The notes under the pieces: generated by a model
What the model saw: only the letters and a program-made list of their open reading frames with translations
What the model was told of the DNA's origin: nothing
The model's database searches: none
In this document: positions 38,579 through 46,506 of the stretch, piece by piece
Layout of the letters: the number at the start of each line of letters is the position of its first letter
Numbering within the stretch: the first letter of the stretch is position 1
Source of the DNA: Gemmatimonadales bacterium
Lineage (GTDB): Bacteria > Gemmatimonadota > Gemmatimonadetes > Gemmatimonadales > GWC2-71-9
Direction: 5' to 3'
Length of the DNA: 64,000 nt
Assembly (NCBI GenBank): GCA_044867445.1
Contig: JBIOUY010000082.1
Location: forward strand, 15,315-79,314
Translations under genes and position numbers: made by a program

Positions 38579-39627
38579 TGGTCCGTATCTTCGTGGTCGA
38601 CGACTCCGCGTTCGTGCGACGCGCCGTGAGCCGGATTCTCGAGGGCCAGCCCGGCATCAGGGTGGTCGGCGAGGCCGCCACCGGTCTCGAGGCCCTGGAA
38701 CGGATTCCACGGCTCGACCCGGAGCTGGTGACGTTGGATCTGGCCATGCCCGGGATGGATGGTCTCCAAGTTTTGCGGGCCCTGCTCCGATGGAAGCCGC
38801 GGCTCAAAGTGCTGATGCTCTCCGCCCATACCAGCGAGGGAGCCGAGGCCACCATCGACGCGCTCGCTGCCGGAGCGGTTGATTTCATCGATAAGTCCCG
38901 ATTCAACCTGATGGATCTGGAGGGGCTTCGGCGGGAGGTCCTGGACAAGGTCCAGGCGTGTCATCCCACCAGCGCCGTGGCGGCGCCCCGTCCAGGACCG
39001 TCCTCCAGCTCCCGATTCGATCCCGCGGTGCTGCAAGGCTGTGAGCTGTGCGTGGTGGGTGCCTCTACCGGAGGGCCGGCGGCCCTGCAGCGGATCCTCG
39101 AGCGAATTGCGCCCGATTTTCCATTGCCGATGCTACTTGTGCAGCACATGCCGGTGGGATTCACCAGGCCTTTCGCCGAACGGCTCGATGCCCTGAGTCC
39201 GCTCCATGTGGCGGAAGCGGTGGAAGGCGAACGGCTGCTCCCGGGCCAGGTGCGAATCGCTCCCGCCGGCTCACACCTGCGGCTGACCTCAGCGCTCGCG
39301 GTGGTCCTCTCAGCCGAGCCTGGAGATGCCAAGCACGTTCCCAGCATCGATATCACCATGAAATCGGCTGCCCGCGCCCGGCCCGGTCGGACATTCGGCA
39401 TTCTTCTCACCGGGATGGGCGACGATGGCGCGGATGGGATGGCCACGATACGAGCGACCGGCGGACTGACCATCGCCGAAAGCGAAGAGTCCTGCGTGGT
39501 CTACGGCATGCCCCGAGCCGCGCAGGCCCGCGGCGGCGCTACCTGGATGCTGCCCCTGCCCGAGATCGTGGGTGCGCTCGAGCGATTTACAGGAGAGTTC
39601 CCCGCAACACGAGCAATGCCACGCTGA
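38578..39627 (+). CDS. cheB: Chemotaxis response regulator protein-glutamate methylesterase CheB
   Basis: The receiver domain shows VVDDS...TLDLAMPGMDG. The methylesterase domain shows GASTGGPAAL, QHMP, TGMGDDGA. Confidence 0.9.
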   Translation: MVRIFVVDDSAFVRRAVSRILEGQPGIRVVGEAATGLEALERIPRLDPELVTLDLAMPGMDGLQVLRALLRWKPRLKVLMLSAHTSEGAEATIDALAAGAVDFIDKSRFNLMDLEGLRREVLDKVQACHPTSAVAAPRPGPSSSSRFDPAVLQGCELCVVGASTGGPAALQRILERIAPDFPLPMLLVQHMPVGFTRPFAERLDALSPLHVAEAVEGERLLPGQVRIAPAGSHLRLTSALAVVLSAEPGDAKHVPSIDITMKSAARARPGRTFGILLTGMGDDGADGMATIRATGGLTIAESEESCVVYGMPRAAQARGGATWMLPLPEIVGALERFTGEFPATRAMPR

Positions 39628-40993
39628 AGTAGATCACCAGGCCGGTGACGTCCACGAGGGTGGCGACAAATGGGGCCGAGGCGCTCGCCGGATCGAACCC
39701 GACCCGCCGGAGAACAAAGGGCAGCATCGATCCAGCCAGCGAGCCGAAAAGCACCACACCCACGAGGGCCAGCGCGACGGTCTGGGCGACCAGAAAATAA
39801 TGGGAGCCGTAGTTGTACCAGCCGAATCCCTGCCAGAGCAGAATCCGTAACAGGCCAATGGTGCCGAGAATGGCGCCCAGCGTCATTCCAGCCGGGAGCT
39901 CCCGTAGAGCCACCCGCCACCAGTCGCGCAGCTGCACTTCCTGCAAGGCCATTGCTCGGATGATCAGCGAAGTGGCCTGCGACCCCGAGTTTCCCCCGGA
40001 GCTGATGATCAGCGGGATGAAAAGTGCGAGCACCACGGCACGGCTGATCTCGTTCTCGAAATAGCCCATGGCCGCCGCCGTCAACATCTCCCCGAGGAAG
40101 AGGGCACAGAGCCAGCCGGCCCGCTTCCGCACCATGGCCCGAAAGCCGATCTGCATGTAGGGCTCGTCGACCGCGGCCATGCCGCCGAACTTCTGGACGT
40201 CCTCAGTGGTCTCACTGATCAGCGCGTCGATCACGTCGTCCACGGTTACGATTCCGAGCACGTGCCACGCCTCGTCGACCACCGGAATAGCGAGCAGGTT
40301 GTACTTGGAGATGAGCCGGGCGACGTCTTCCCGGTCAGTAAGCGGCCTCACGACCACCGGCCGGCGGCCATCGCCGAGGGCGGCCACGCGATGTGCCGGA
40401 TTGGCTTGCATGACCTCCCGAAGCGACACCACCGTCTCCAGCCGCTGGTCCCTCGGGTTTAGGACGTAGATGGCGTAGACCGTCTCCTTGACATTGCCGA
40501 CCTCGCTGATATGCCGCTTCACCTGCTCCACCGTCCAGGTGGCAGGTACCCCAACGAACTCGGTGGTCATGATGCCACCGGCGCTGGTGGGCGGGTAGCT
40601 GAGGAGGAGACGGAGGACGTCTCGAGTCGGCGCATCGAGGAGATGGAACAGCCGGATCCGGTCGGTCTCTTCGAGCTCGCGATAGAGCTCCACCTTCTGG
40701 TCCGAGGACATCGCCTCGATCAGCGGAACGGCGACCTTCTCGTCCAGCCGGCCAAAGATCTCGCCCCGGCGGTCGAGCTCGGGCTCGTCGAGCAGCTGGA
40801 CCGCCAGGTGGAACGGCAGCGCGCCGACCACCCGGGCCGCGGCCTCGACGGGAAGCTGATTGAGCGCGTCGGCGATGTCGGCGGGGCGGAGGTTCTCACA
40901 CGCGGCGAGGAGGTCTTCCTCGTCGCCGGCCAGAAGGTACAGCAGCTCCGGGGAAGGTGGGCCAGGTAGCGTGGTCATTGGGCCTCCGGTCAC
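39587..40993 (-). CDS. mgtE: Magnesium transporter MgtE
   Basis: An N-domain and two CBS repeats are followed by the TM domain with IPLIISSGGNSGSQA and PFVATLVDVTGLVIYF. The 3' end overlaps the cheB 3' end by about 41 nt (convergent). Confidence 0.9.
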   Translation of the reverse strand: MTGGPMTTLPGPPSPELLYLLAGDEEDLLAACENLRPADIADALNQLPVEAAARVVGALPFHLAVQLLDEPELDRRGEIFGRLDEKVAVPLIEAMSSDQKVELYRELEETDRIRLFHLLDAPTRDVLRLLLSYPPTSAGGIMTTEFVGVPATWTVEQVKRHISEVGNVKETVYAIYVLNPRDQRLETVVSLREVMQANPAHRVAALGDGRRPVVVRPLTDREDVARLISKYNLLAIPVVDEAWHVLGIVTVDDVIDALISETTEDVQKFGGMAAVDEPYMQIGFRAMVRKRAGWLCALFLGEMLTAAAMGYFENEISRAVVLALFIPLIISSGGNSGSQATSLIIRAMALQEVQLRDWWRVALRELPAGMTLGAILGTIGLLRILLWQGFGWYNYGSHYFLVAQTVALALVGVVLFGSLAGSMLPFVLRRVGFDPASASAPFVATLVDVTGLVIYFSVALLVLRGTLL

Positions 40994-41316
40994 GTGACGC
41001 TACGGACCGACTCCTCGATCCATTGAAGGTACGCCGGGTCCCCATCCAGAATCGGGACCGCAATGATCTCCGCCACCTGATACGGGTGCAGCTCCCGGAG
41101 CCGCGCGCGGAGATCAGGGAGTCGAGAGACCGTCGTCTTGATATGGCAATACCATTCGGATGCGCTCTCGACTTCGCCCTGCCAGCGGTAAGTGCTGGCG
41201 ATGGGCCCCTGTACCTGCACGCAAGCCGCGAGCCGCTCCTCGACCAGCCGCTGGGCAACCTCCTCGGCCAGCGCCTGGTCGGGGAGGGTCGTGGTTACCT
41301 GGCAGCACGGGGTCAC
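40990..41316 (-). CDS. cutA: Divalent-cation tolerance protein CutA
   Basis: LAACVQVQGPIASTYRWQGEVESASEW...KTT...HPYQVAEII. GTG start at 41316. The stop overlaps the mgtE GTG (GTGA). The 309-aa ORF in the track is an artefactual upstream extension. Confidence 0.8.
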   Translation of the reverse strand: MTPCCQVTTTLPDQALAEEVAQRLVEERLAACVQVQGPIASTYRWQGEVESASEWYCHIKTTVSRLPDLRARLRELHPYQVAEIIAVPILDGDPAYLQWIEESVRSVT

Positions 41317-41354
41317 GTTTCCAAACCTCGGCTGCCGGCTATATTCGGGGAGCC

Positions 41355-41753
41355 CTACCGCGCCGGCGGCGTGAGGGCAGCAGGAAGTCCGGGGGTGTCG
41401 CTGCCCCTCTTGCCGTCGTCCACCGGATTCACCGCTTCGCGCCATCCGCTCTTGAAGCGTATCGTCAGTCGATTTCCGAGGGGGTCGGGTATAATGTCGG
41501 CCACGTCGGGCAAGGTCTTTGCGTAGCTCACCGCGGCCTGCGCCTGTTTGGCAAACGCGTCTGGCGTGTTCCCCTGGTAGGCCTTGCCGAATTCTCGCGC
41601 GATGGCAACCGCCTCTGCCTGCTCCCGCCCGTAGCGGGCAAACTGGTCGGGCGGAGTAAGCCCCCGTTGGGAGCTGAGACGGGAGTAGTAGTCGTAAGAC
41701 CGGCAGGATGCGAGCGGCAACAGCAGCAACAGAAAACCGAAGCGACCGATCAT
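41355..41753 (-). CDS. Putative lipoprotein
   Basis: MIGRFGFLLLLLPLASC is a lipobox. 132 aa, no family recognised. Confidence 0.55.
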   Translation of the reverse strand: MIGRFGFLLLLLPLASCRSYDYYSRLSSQRGLTPPDQFARYGREQAEAVAIAREFGKAYQGNTPDAFAKQAQAAVSYAKTLPDVADIIPDPLGNRLTIRFKSGWREAVNPVDDGKRGSDTPGLPAALTPPAR

Positions 41754-41852
41754 CTGGCCCTCTGAGCCCTGGAATGTGGGGAGTTACCTCGCCCGAAGGT
41801 AACCAGTCCCGGGCAATTTGCCCACGTCCCTGAACCTGTAAGGAAAGACTCG

Positions 41853-42638
41853 ATGCACCCACGGGAATCCGCGCGAGCGCCGCGGGCCATCCTGCCCATC
41901 TTGCTGCTCGCCATGCCACTGGCCGCCGGTCTCCCGGTGCGACTCGAGTGCCAACAACAGCAACAGGCGCCGGTCGTCAAGTCGGATGAGGGGTCGGCCA
42001 TCAAGTGGTGGCATGGCGTGATCGCCGCGGGGGGCGTGTCAGCGCTCATGCTGCTGGATCGTCCAGTGCAGCACTTTGCCCAGCACAATAGCGGTCCCGG
42101 CGCCGATCACGTGGCGTCCGTCTTCCGGCACTTCGGGCAGCCGGAAGTCTACGGGACGATCACCGCGGGCCTCCTCGCTACCGGTCTCGCGACCCACAAG
42201 CCCGGCATCACTCGGGCCGGTGGCCGTCTGATGACCACGATGCTGATAGCTGGAGTTACCTCATCAGTAGGTAAGTTCGCATTTGGTCGCCCCCGCCCGG
42301 ACCAGAGCCTCGACCTCGATGGCTTCGTTCCGTTCTCCGGCCAGGCTGCTATGCCATCGGGACACACCACTATGGCCTTCGCGCTGGCCACCTCGCTGGC
42401 CGATGAGATACATCGGCCTTGGGCCACCGTGGGTCTCTACACCGTGGCGACCGGCGTGGCCTGGTCCCGAATCAACGACAATCGCCACTGGTTGAGTGAC
42501 GTCGCTGCTGGCGCATTGGTGGGCATCACCTCGGCCAAATTGGCCTCCGGTCGCTGGCGCATCTTTAACCTCCGCCCACCCTCAGTGCTGGCTGCTCCCA
42601 GCGGCGGCATGGGCCTGGGCTGGAGCGCGGAGTTCTAG
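41853..42638 (+). CDS. PAP2 family phosphatase
   Basis: The three acid-phosphatase motifs are KFAFGRPRP, PSGH and SRINDNRHWLSDV. Confidence 0.8.
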   Translation: MHPRESARAPRAILPILLLAMPLAAGLPVRLECQQQQQAPVVKSDEGSAIKWWHGVIAAGGVSALMLLDRPVQHFAQHNSGPGADHVASVFRHFGQPEVYGTITAGLLATGLATHKPGITRAGGRLMTTMLIAGVTSSVGKFAFGRPRPDQSLDLDGFVPFSGQAAMPSGHTTMAFALATSLADEIHRPWATVGLYTVATGVAWSRINDNRHWLSDVAAGALVGITSAKLASGRWRIFNLRPPSVLAAPSGGMGLGWSAEF

Positions 42639-42668
42639 GCTCTCGCTTGCTCCTCGTCTCCCAAGGCT

Positions 42669-42766
42669 CCCCTTCGGTAGAGCGACTCGAGAAGAGCGAT
42701 AGGCATCACGTTGCACATCGCTTCGGATCCGCGTAGGTTGGGGGTTGCATTCCCCGACCGAAGGGG
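42669..42766 (+). promoter_or_regulatory. Structured 5' leader with long-range stem sequestering the Shine-Dalgarno of the porin gene (candidate riboswitch or other cis-regulatory RNA)
   Basis: CCCCTTCGGT (42669..42678) is perfectly complementary to ACCGAAGGGG (42757..42766). The latter contains the only SD-like sequence, 6 nt before the ATG at 42772. The enclosed 78 nt contain at least three local hairpins: GAGCGAT/ATCGCTT, CGGATCCG, and GGGG-UUGCAUU-CCCC. Confidence 0.4.
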
Positions 42767-42771
42767 TCGTC

Positions 42772-43749
42772 ATGCATGTGCCTCTCTGGCTGGCTCTCCT
42801 GGCGCTCCTTCAGTCTCCCCTGCTTTCGGCCCAGGCGCCGCCTCAACAGACGTCGCCCGCTACGGCGCCCACCAGCGGCCCTTCCCCGGTCAAACTCAGT
42901 GGCTATATCCAGGCTCGAGAGGTTTACCAGGCGAACATTGGGCTGACCGGGTCGATCAACCGCGCCCGTCTGGCCGCGAGCGGCAGCATCGTCCAGAAGG
43001 TCACCTGGCGCCTCCAAGGCGAGTTCCGGACCGGCTCCGTCGGGACCGGCAAGGCGAGTGTCTCGCTTCAGGATGCATATCTCCGCTACAACCCGGGCAC
43101 CTGGGCGCTTCAGGCCGGGCAGTTCAAGACGCCCTTCACCCGCGAGTTCATCACCTCTCTAGCGGACCTCGAGACGGCTGACCGTTCGACCGTGGTGGAC
43201 TCGCTCGCTCCCAAACGCGACATCGGGTTGATGGGCGAATACAACTTCGCCAGGGTCGCTAGCGGCTACATCGGGGTGTTCAATGGCGAAGGGCAGAATG
43301 TCACCGGCAATGCCGACTCGACCGTACTCGGGATGGCCCGCGTTGTGGTCCGACCGGTTCCGATGGTCTCGTTGGGCCTGAACGGGGCGCGCTACTTCGG
43401 CGACAGTACCCGGTTTGGTGCCGACGCCAACTATGAAGGAACCCGGCTCACTCTCCGAACCGAGTATGTCGGGCAACATCGAGACGGCGTCTCAGGGCCG
43501 GACGATTGGGGGTGGTACGGCCTCGGGGGCTTCTTCTTGACCGAGGCGCTTCAAGTGGTCGGCAAGTACGAGGAGTTCGGCCGACCGAGCGTCAACGCCC
43601 AGGTGAAAAACCGGGCTTGGACCGCTGGTCTCAACCTCTATCCTGGGAGCCGCAACCTGCGGCTCACGCTGGATTATGTCTCCCGGAAGATCGGCGTCCC
43701 CGGCACTCGAAAAGGGCGAATCCTCGGACAGGTACAGGCGAAGTTCTGA
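42772..43749 (+). CDS. Outer-membrane anion porin (phosphate-selective porin O/P family-like)
   Basis: Signal peptide MHVPLWLALLALLQSPLLSAQA. Then VKLSGYIQAREVY...LQDAYLRY...QAGQFKTPFTREF, with a terminal aromatic residue (F). Confidence 0.65.
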   Translation: MHVPLWLALLALLQSPLLSAQAPPQQTSPATAPTSGPSPVKLSGYIQAREVYQANIGLTGSINRARLAASGSIVQKVTWRLQGEFRTGSVGTGKASVSLQDAYLRYNPGTWALQAGQFKTPFTREFITSLADLETADRSTVVDSLAPKRDIGLMGEYNFARVASGYIGVFNGEGQNVTGNADSTVLGMARVVVRPVPMVSLGLNGARYFGDSTRFGADANYEGTRLTLRTEYVGQHRDGVSGPDDWGWYGLGGFFLTEALQVVGKYEEFGRPSVNAQVKNRAWTAGLNLYPGSRNLRLTLDYVSRKIGVPGTRKGRILGQVQAKF

Positions 43750-43767
43750 GAGGGGGTAGCAAGCCCG

Positions 43768-44613
43768 ATGAGACGTCTCCTCGGCATACTCGCGGCGCTG
43801 CTGTCGGCGCAGCCGTCAGTGACCGAGGCGCAGGCCACCCGCAGCGTCATTCTGGCGACCACGACGAGCACGCAGGACTCTGGGCTGCTCGATTCCCTGG
43901 TCCCCCGCTTCGAACGGCACTGCCACTGCCGAGTTAAGACGATCGCCATCGGGACCGGGCAGTCTCTTGCACTTGGCGCGCGAGGCGAGGCCGATGTCGT
44001 GCTGGTGCACGCCCCCACCCTGGAGGAGAAGTATGTGAAAGAGGGGACGTTCGTGGACCGACGCCTGGTGATGACTAACGATTTCGTGCTGGTCGGGCCC
44101 CCACCCGATCCCACCGGAGTCAAGGGGAGCACGAGCATCGAGGACGCTCTGCGGAAGCTCGCGGGCGGCACGGCCCCCTTCACGTCCCGGGCCGACAACT
44201 CCGGAACCGACATCCTGGAGAAGAATCTCTGGAAGAAGATCCGGGTGCGACCATCGGGTGACCGTTACCTCGAGGTTGGCCAAGGTATGGGCGCCACGCT
44301 CCAGGTCGCCTCGGAGAAGCGGGCCTATACGTTGACCGACCGCGGCACCTACCTCGCACTTCGGGATCGGATCGACTTGGTCATCGTGTTCGAGAAGAGC
44401 CCCGAACTGCTGAACGTCTACCATGTAATGGAGCCCAACCCAGACATCTTTCCCAACCTGAACCAGCAAGCCGGGAAGGCATTCGCCGATTTCATGGTAT
44501 CTCCCGAAGCCCAGAGTCTCATCGGGAAGTTCGGCGTGGCCCGGTTCGGCCAGCCCCTGTTCACCCCCGCTGCCGGGAAGAAGGACTCGGAGCTGGGAGC
44601 CACTGCGAACTGA
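43768..44613 (+). CDS. tupA: Oxyanion ABC transporter substrate-binding protein, TupA (tungstate)-like
   Basis: Signal peptide, then ILATTTSTQDSGLLDSLVP...IGTGQSLALGARGEADVVLVHAP, the TTTS motif I associate with TupA-type binders. Substrate specificity (W versus Mo) is not decidable by eye. Confidence 0.65.
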   Translation: MRRLLGILAALLSAQPSVTEAQATRSVILATTTSTQDSGLLDSLVPRFERHCHCRVKTIAIGTGQSLALGARGEADVVLVHAPTLEEKYVKEGTFVDRRLVMTNDFVLVGPPPDPTGVKGSTSIEDALRKLAGGTAPFTSRADNSGTDILEKNLWKKIRVRPSGDRYLEVGQGMGATLQVASEKRAYTLTDRGTYLALRDRIDLVIVFEKSPELLNVYHVMEPNPDIFPNLNQQAGKAFADFMVSPEAQSLIGKFGVARFGQPLFTPAAGKKDSELGATAN

Positions 44614-44624
44614 ACGGATAGCGA

Positions 44625-45326
44625 ATGGACCTGATCGTCGAAGGATTACGGAAGGCGTTCGGCCTCCTTGCCCGGGGAGATACCGAGGTCATGTCCATCA
44701 TGTGGCTCTCGTTGAGGCTCTCAGGATTGGCAACCCTGATAAGCCTGGTCATCGGGCTCCCGATCGGGGTCTGGCTTGGGCTGGGACGCTTTCCGGGCCG
44801 GAATCTCGTGCTTGGAGTGGTGAACTCCGGGATGGGGCTTCCGCCGATCGTTGTCGGCCTGGTCGTCTCTATCCTGCTCTGGCGCAGGGGGCCACTGGGC
44901 TCCCTGGGGCTGATTTACACCCCGACCGCAATCGTCCTCGGCCAGTTCATTATCGCGGTCCCGGTAGTTGCCGGGCTCACCGCCGCGGCGATGCAGCAGC
45001 TCGATCCACGACTCCTGCTTCAGTTGCGCGGCCTCGGCGCGTCCCGGTCTCAGGCGATCCTCTGGCTACTTCGGGATGCCCGCTTCTCCCTCCTGGCCGC
45101 GGTCATGGCCGGGTTTGGCGCGGTCATATCCGAGGTAGGAGCATCCATGATGGTTGGCGGAAACATCCTGCACTACACTCGCGTGATGACGACGGCCACT
45201 GTGCTGGAAACCGCCAAAGGCAATTTTGACGTGGCGATCGCTCTGAGCACCTTGCTGCTGGGTCTCACCTTCGCGATTACGATGGCGATCACCGCCGTTC
45301 AGCAGCGGGGCATCGCACGCCGATGA
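44625..45326 (+). CDS. tupB: ABC transporter permease (TupB-like)
   Basis: 233 aa with about 5-6 TM segments. An EAA-like loop lies around LRGLGASRSQAILWLL. Confidence 0.7.
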   Translation: MDLIVEGLRKAFGLLARGDTEVMSIMWLSLRLSGLATLISLVIGLPIGVWLGLGRFPGRNLVLGVVNSGMGLPPIVVGLVVSILLWRRGPLGSLGLIYTPTAIVLGQFIIAVPVVAGLTAAAMQQLDPRLLLQLRGLGASRSQAILWLLRDARFSLLAAVMAGFGAVISEVGASMMVGGNILHYTRVMTTATVLETAKGNFDVAIALSTLLLGLTFAITMAITAVQQRGIARR

Positions 45327-46444
45327 CAGCGGTCCTCGAACTGCGGAACGCCGTCGTCCCCTACCATGGCCGCACCGCACTCGATGTGCCTGATCTCGCC
45401 GTCATGCGGGGAGAGCGGCTGGCGATCATGGGCCCCAACGGCTCGGGCAAATCCACCCTCCTTCGGGTCCTGGCCCTGCTCGAGCAGCCGGCGGCCGGGA
45501 GCCTTCGGATAGCGGGCCAGACGCCATCGGGCCGCACCCGGCTCGCGCTTCGACGGCGGATGGCAAGCGTGTTGCAGGCGCCGCTCCTCTGCGATACCAC
45601 TGTCCGGAAAAACGTGGAGCTGGGACTCCGCTTCCGGGGTTTTCCCCGGAGGGAGCGGCAGCAACGAGTTCAGACCTGGCTGGAGCGGCTTGGCATCTCC
45701 GGAGTGGCCGAGCGTTCAGCCCGAACCCTCTCGGGCGGCGAAGCCCAGCGCACCAGCCTCGCCCGAGCCTTCGTGATCGAGCCCGAGGTGCTGTTTCTCG
45801 ACGAGGCATTCGCGGCGCTCGACCCCCCGACTCGGGAGGGGTTGCTGCTCGACATCCAACGCATTCTGCGGGACTCGGGAACGACCACCGTATTCGTCAC
45901 CCACGAGCGCAGCGAGGCGCTTACCATGGGGGATCGGCTGGCCATCATGATGGAAGGCCGTGTGGTGCAGCTCGATCGCCCGGCCCGAGTCTTTCGAGCA
46001 CCGATAAGCGAGGCGGTCGCTCGGCTGGTCGGCATCGAAAATCTTCTGCCTGGTCGGGTTCGGTCGGGTATCGGAGGCGTCTGCGAGGTCGAGGTTGCCG
46101 GACGGAGCTTGTGGGTGAGCGGAGTTGGTCGGGTGGGAGATGGCGGGGTGGTGTGTTTCCGCGGGGAGGATCTGCTGCTGAGCCGGGCGGGGCGGCCCCG
46201 CCCCATGGTAGAAGAAGCCAATCTGCTCATCGGAGTCGTTCGCCGAATTGCCCCATCCGGTGGAGGTCTCCGAGTGTTTGTCGACGCCGGTGTTGAGCTT
46301 CAGGCTGTGCTCACTCCTGCGGCCTTCGAAAGCCTGGGGCTCCGCGAAGGAATGAGTCTGGAGCTGAGCCTGCGCAGGGCATCTTCTCACTTCATTGTCA
46401 CCGGCCGAGCCGAAGAAGGGCACGCTGCGTCCGGCGCTGCCTGA
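45323..46444 (+). CDS. tupC: ABC transporter ATP-binding protein with C-terminal TOBE-like domain (TupC-like)
   Basis: Walker A GPNGSGKST, signature LSGGEAQR, Walker B LFLDEAF. The C-terminal extension of about 130 aa is typical of oxyanion importers. ATGA overlap with the permease. Confidence 0.75.
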   Translation: MTAVLELRNAVVPYHGRTALDVPDLAVMRGERLAIMGPNGSGKSTLLRVLALLEQPAAGSLRIAGQTPSGRTRLALRRRMASVLQAPLLCDTTVRKNVELGLRFRGFPRRERQQRVQTWLERLGISGVAERSARTLSGGEAQRTSLARAFVIEPEVLFLDEAFAALDPPTREGLLLDIQRILRDSGTTTVFVTHERSEALTMGDRLAIMMEGRVVQLDRPARVFRAPISEAVARLVGIENLLPGRVRSGIGGVCEVEVAGRSLWVSGVGRVGDGGVVCFRGEDLLLSRAGRPRPMVEEANLLIGVVRRIAPSGGGLRVFVDAGVELQAVLTPAAFESLGLREGMSLELSLRRASSHFIVTGRAEEGHAASGAA

Positions 46445-46506
46445 ACGGCAGTGAGCCGACTGGCCCGATTATCTTAGAGCCAAGACTCACGACGAACGGT
46501 GGTGCG

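Noticed and set aside
40990-41919. 309-aa ORF on the minus strand
   Set aside because: Only the last 108 codons or so are CutA-like. The upstream part overlaps the lipoprotein gene (41355..41753) in another frame and reads as Arg/Gly-rich low complexity. I truncated it to a GTG at 41316.
42639-42771. Assigning the porin leader to the Moco/Tuco riboswitch class outright
   Set aside because: The genomic context fits, but the element is shorter than the Moco motif as I remember it. I could not identify its conserved sequence blocks. I reported it only as a candidate structured leader needing a covariance-model search.
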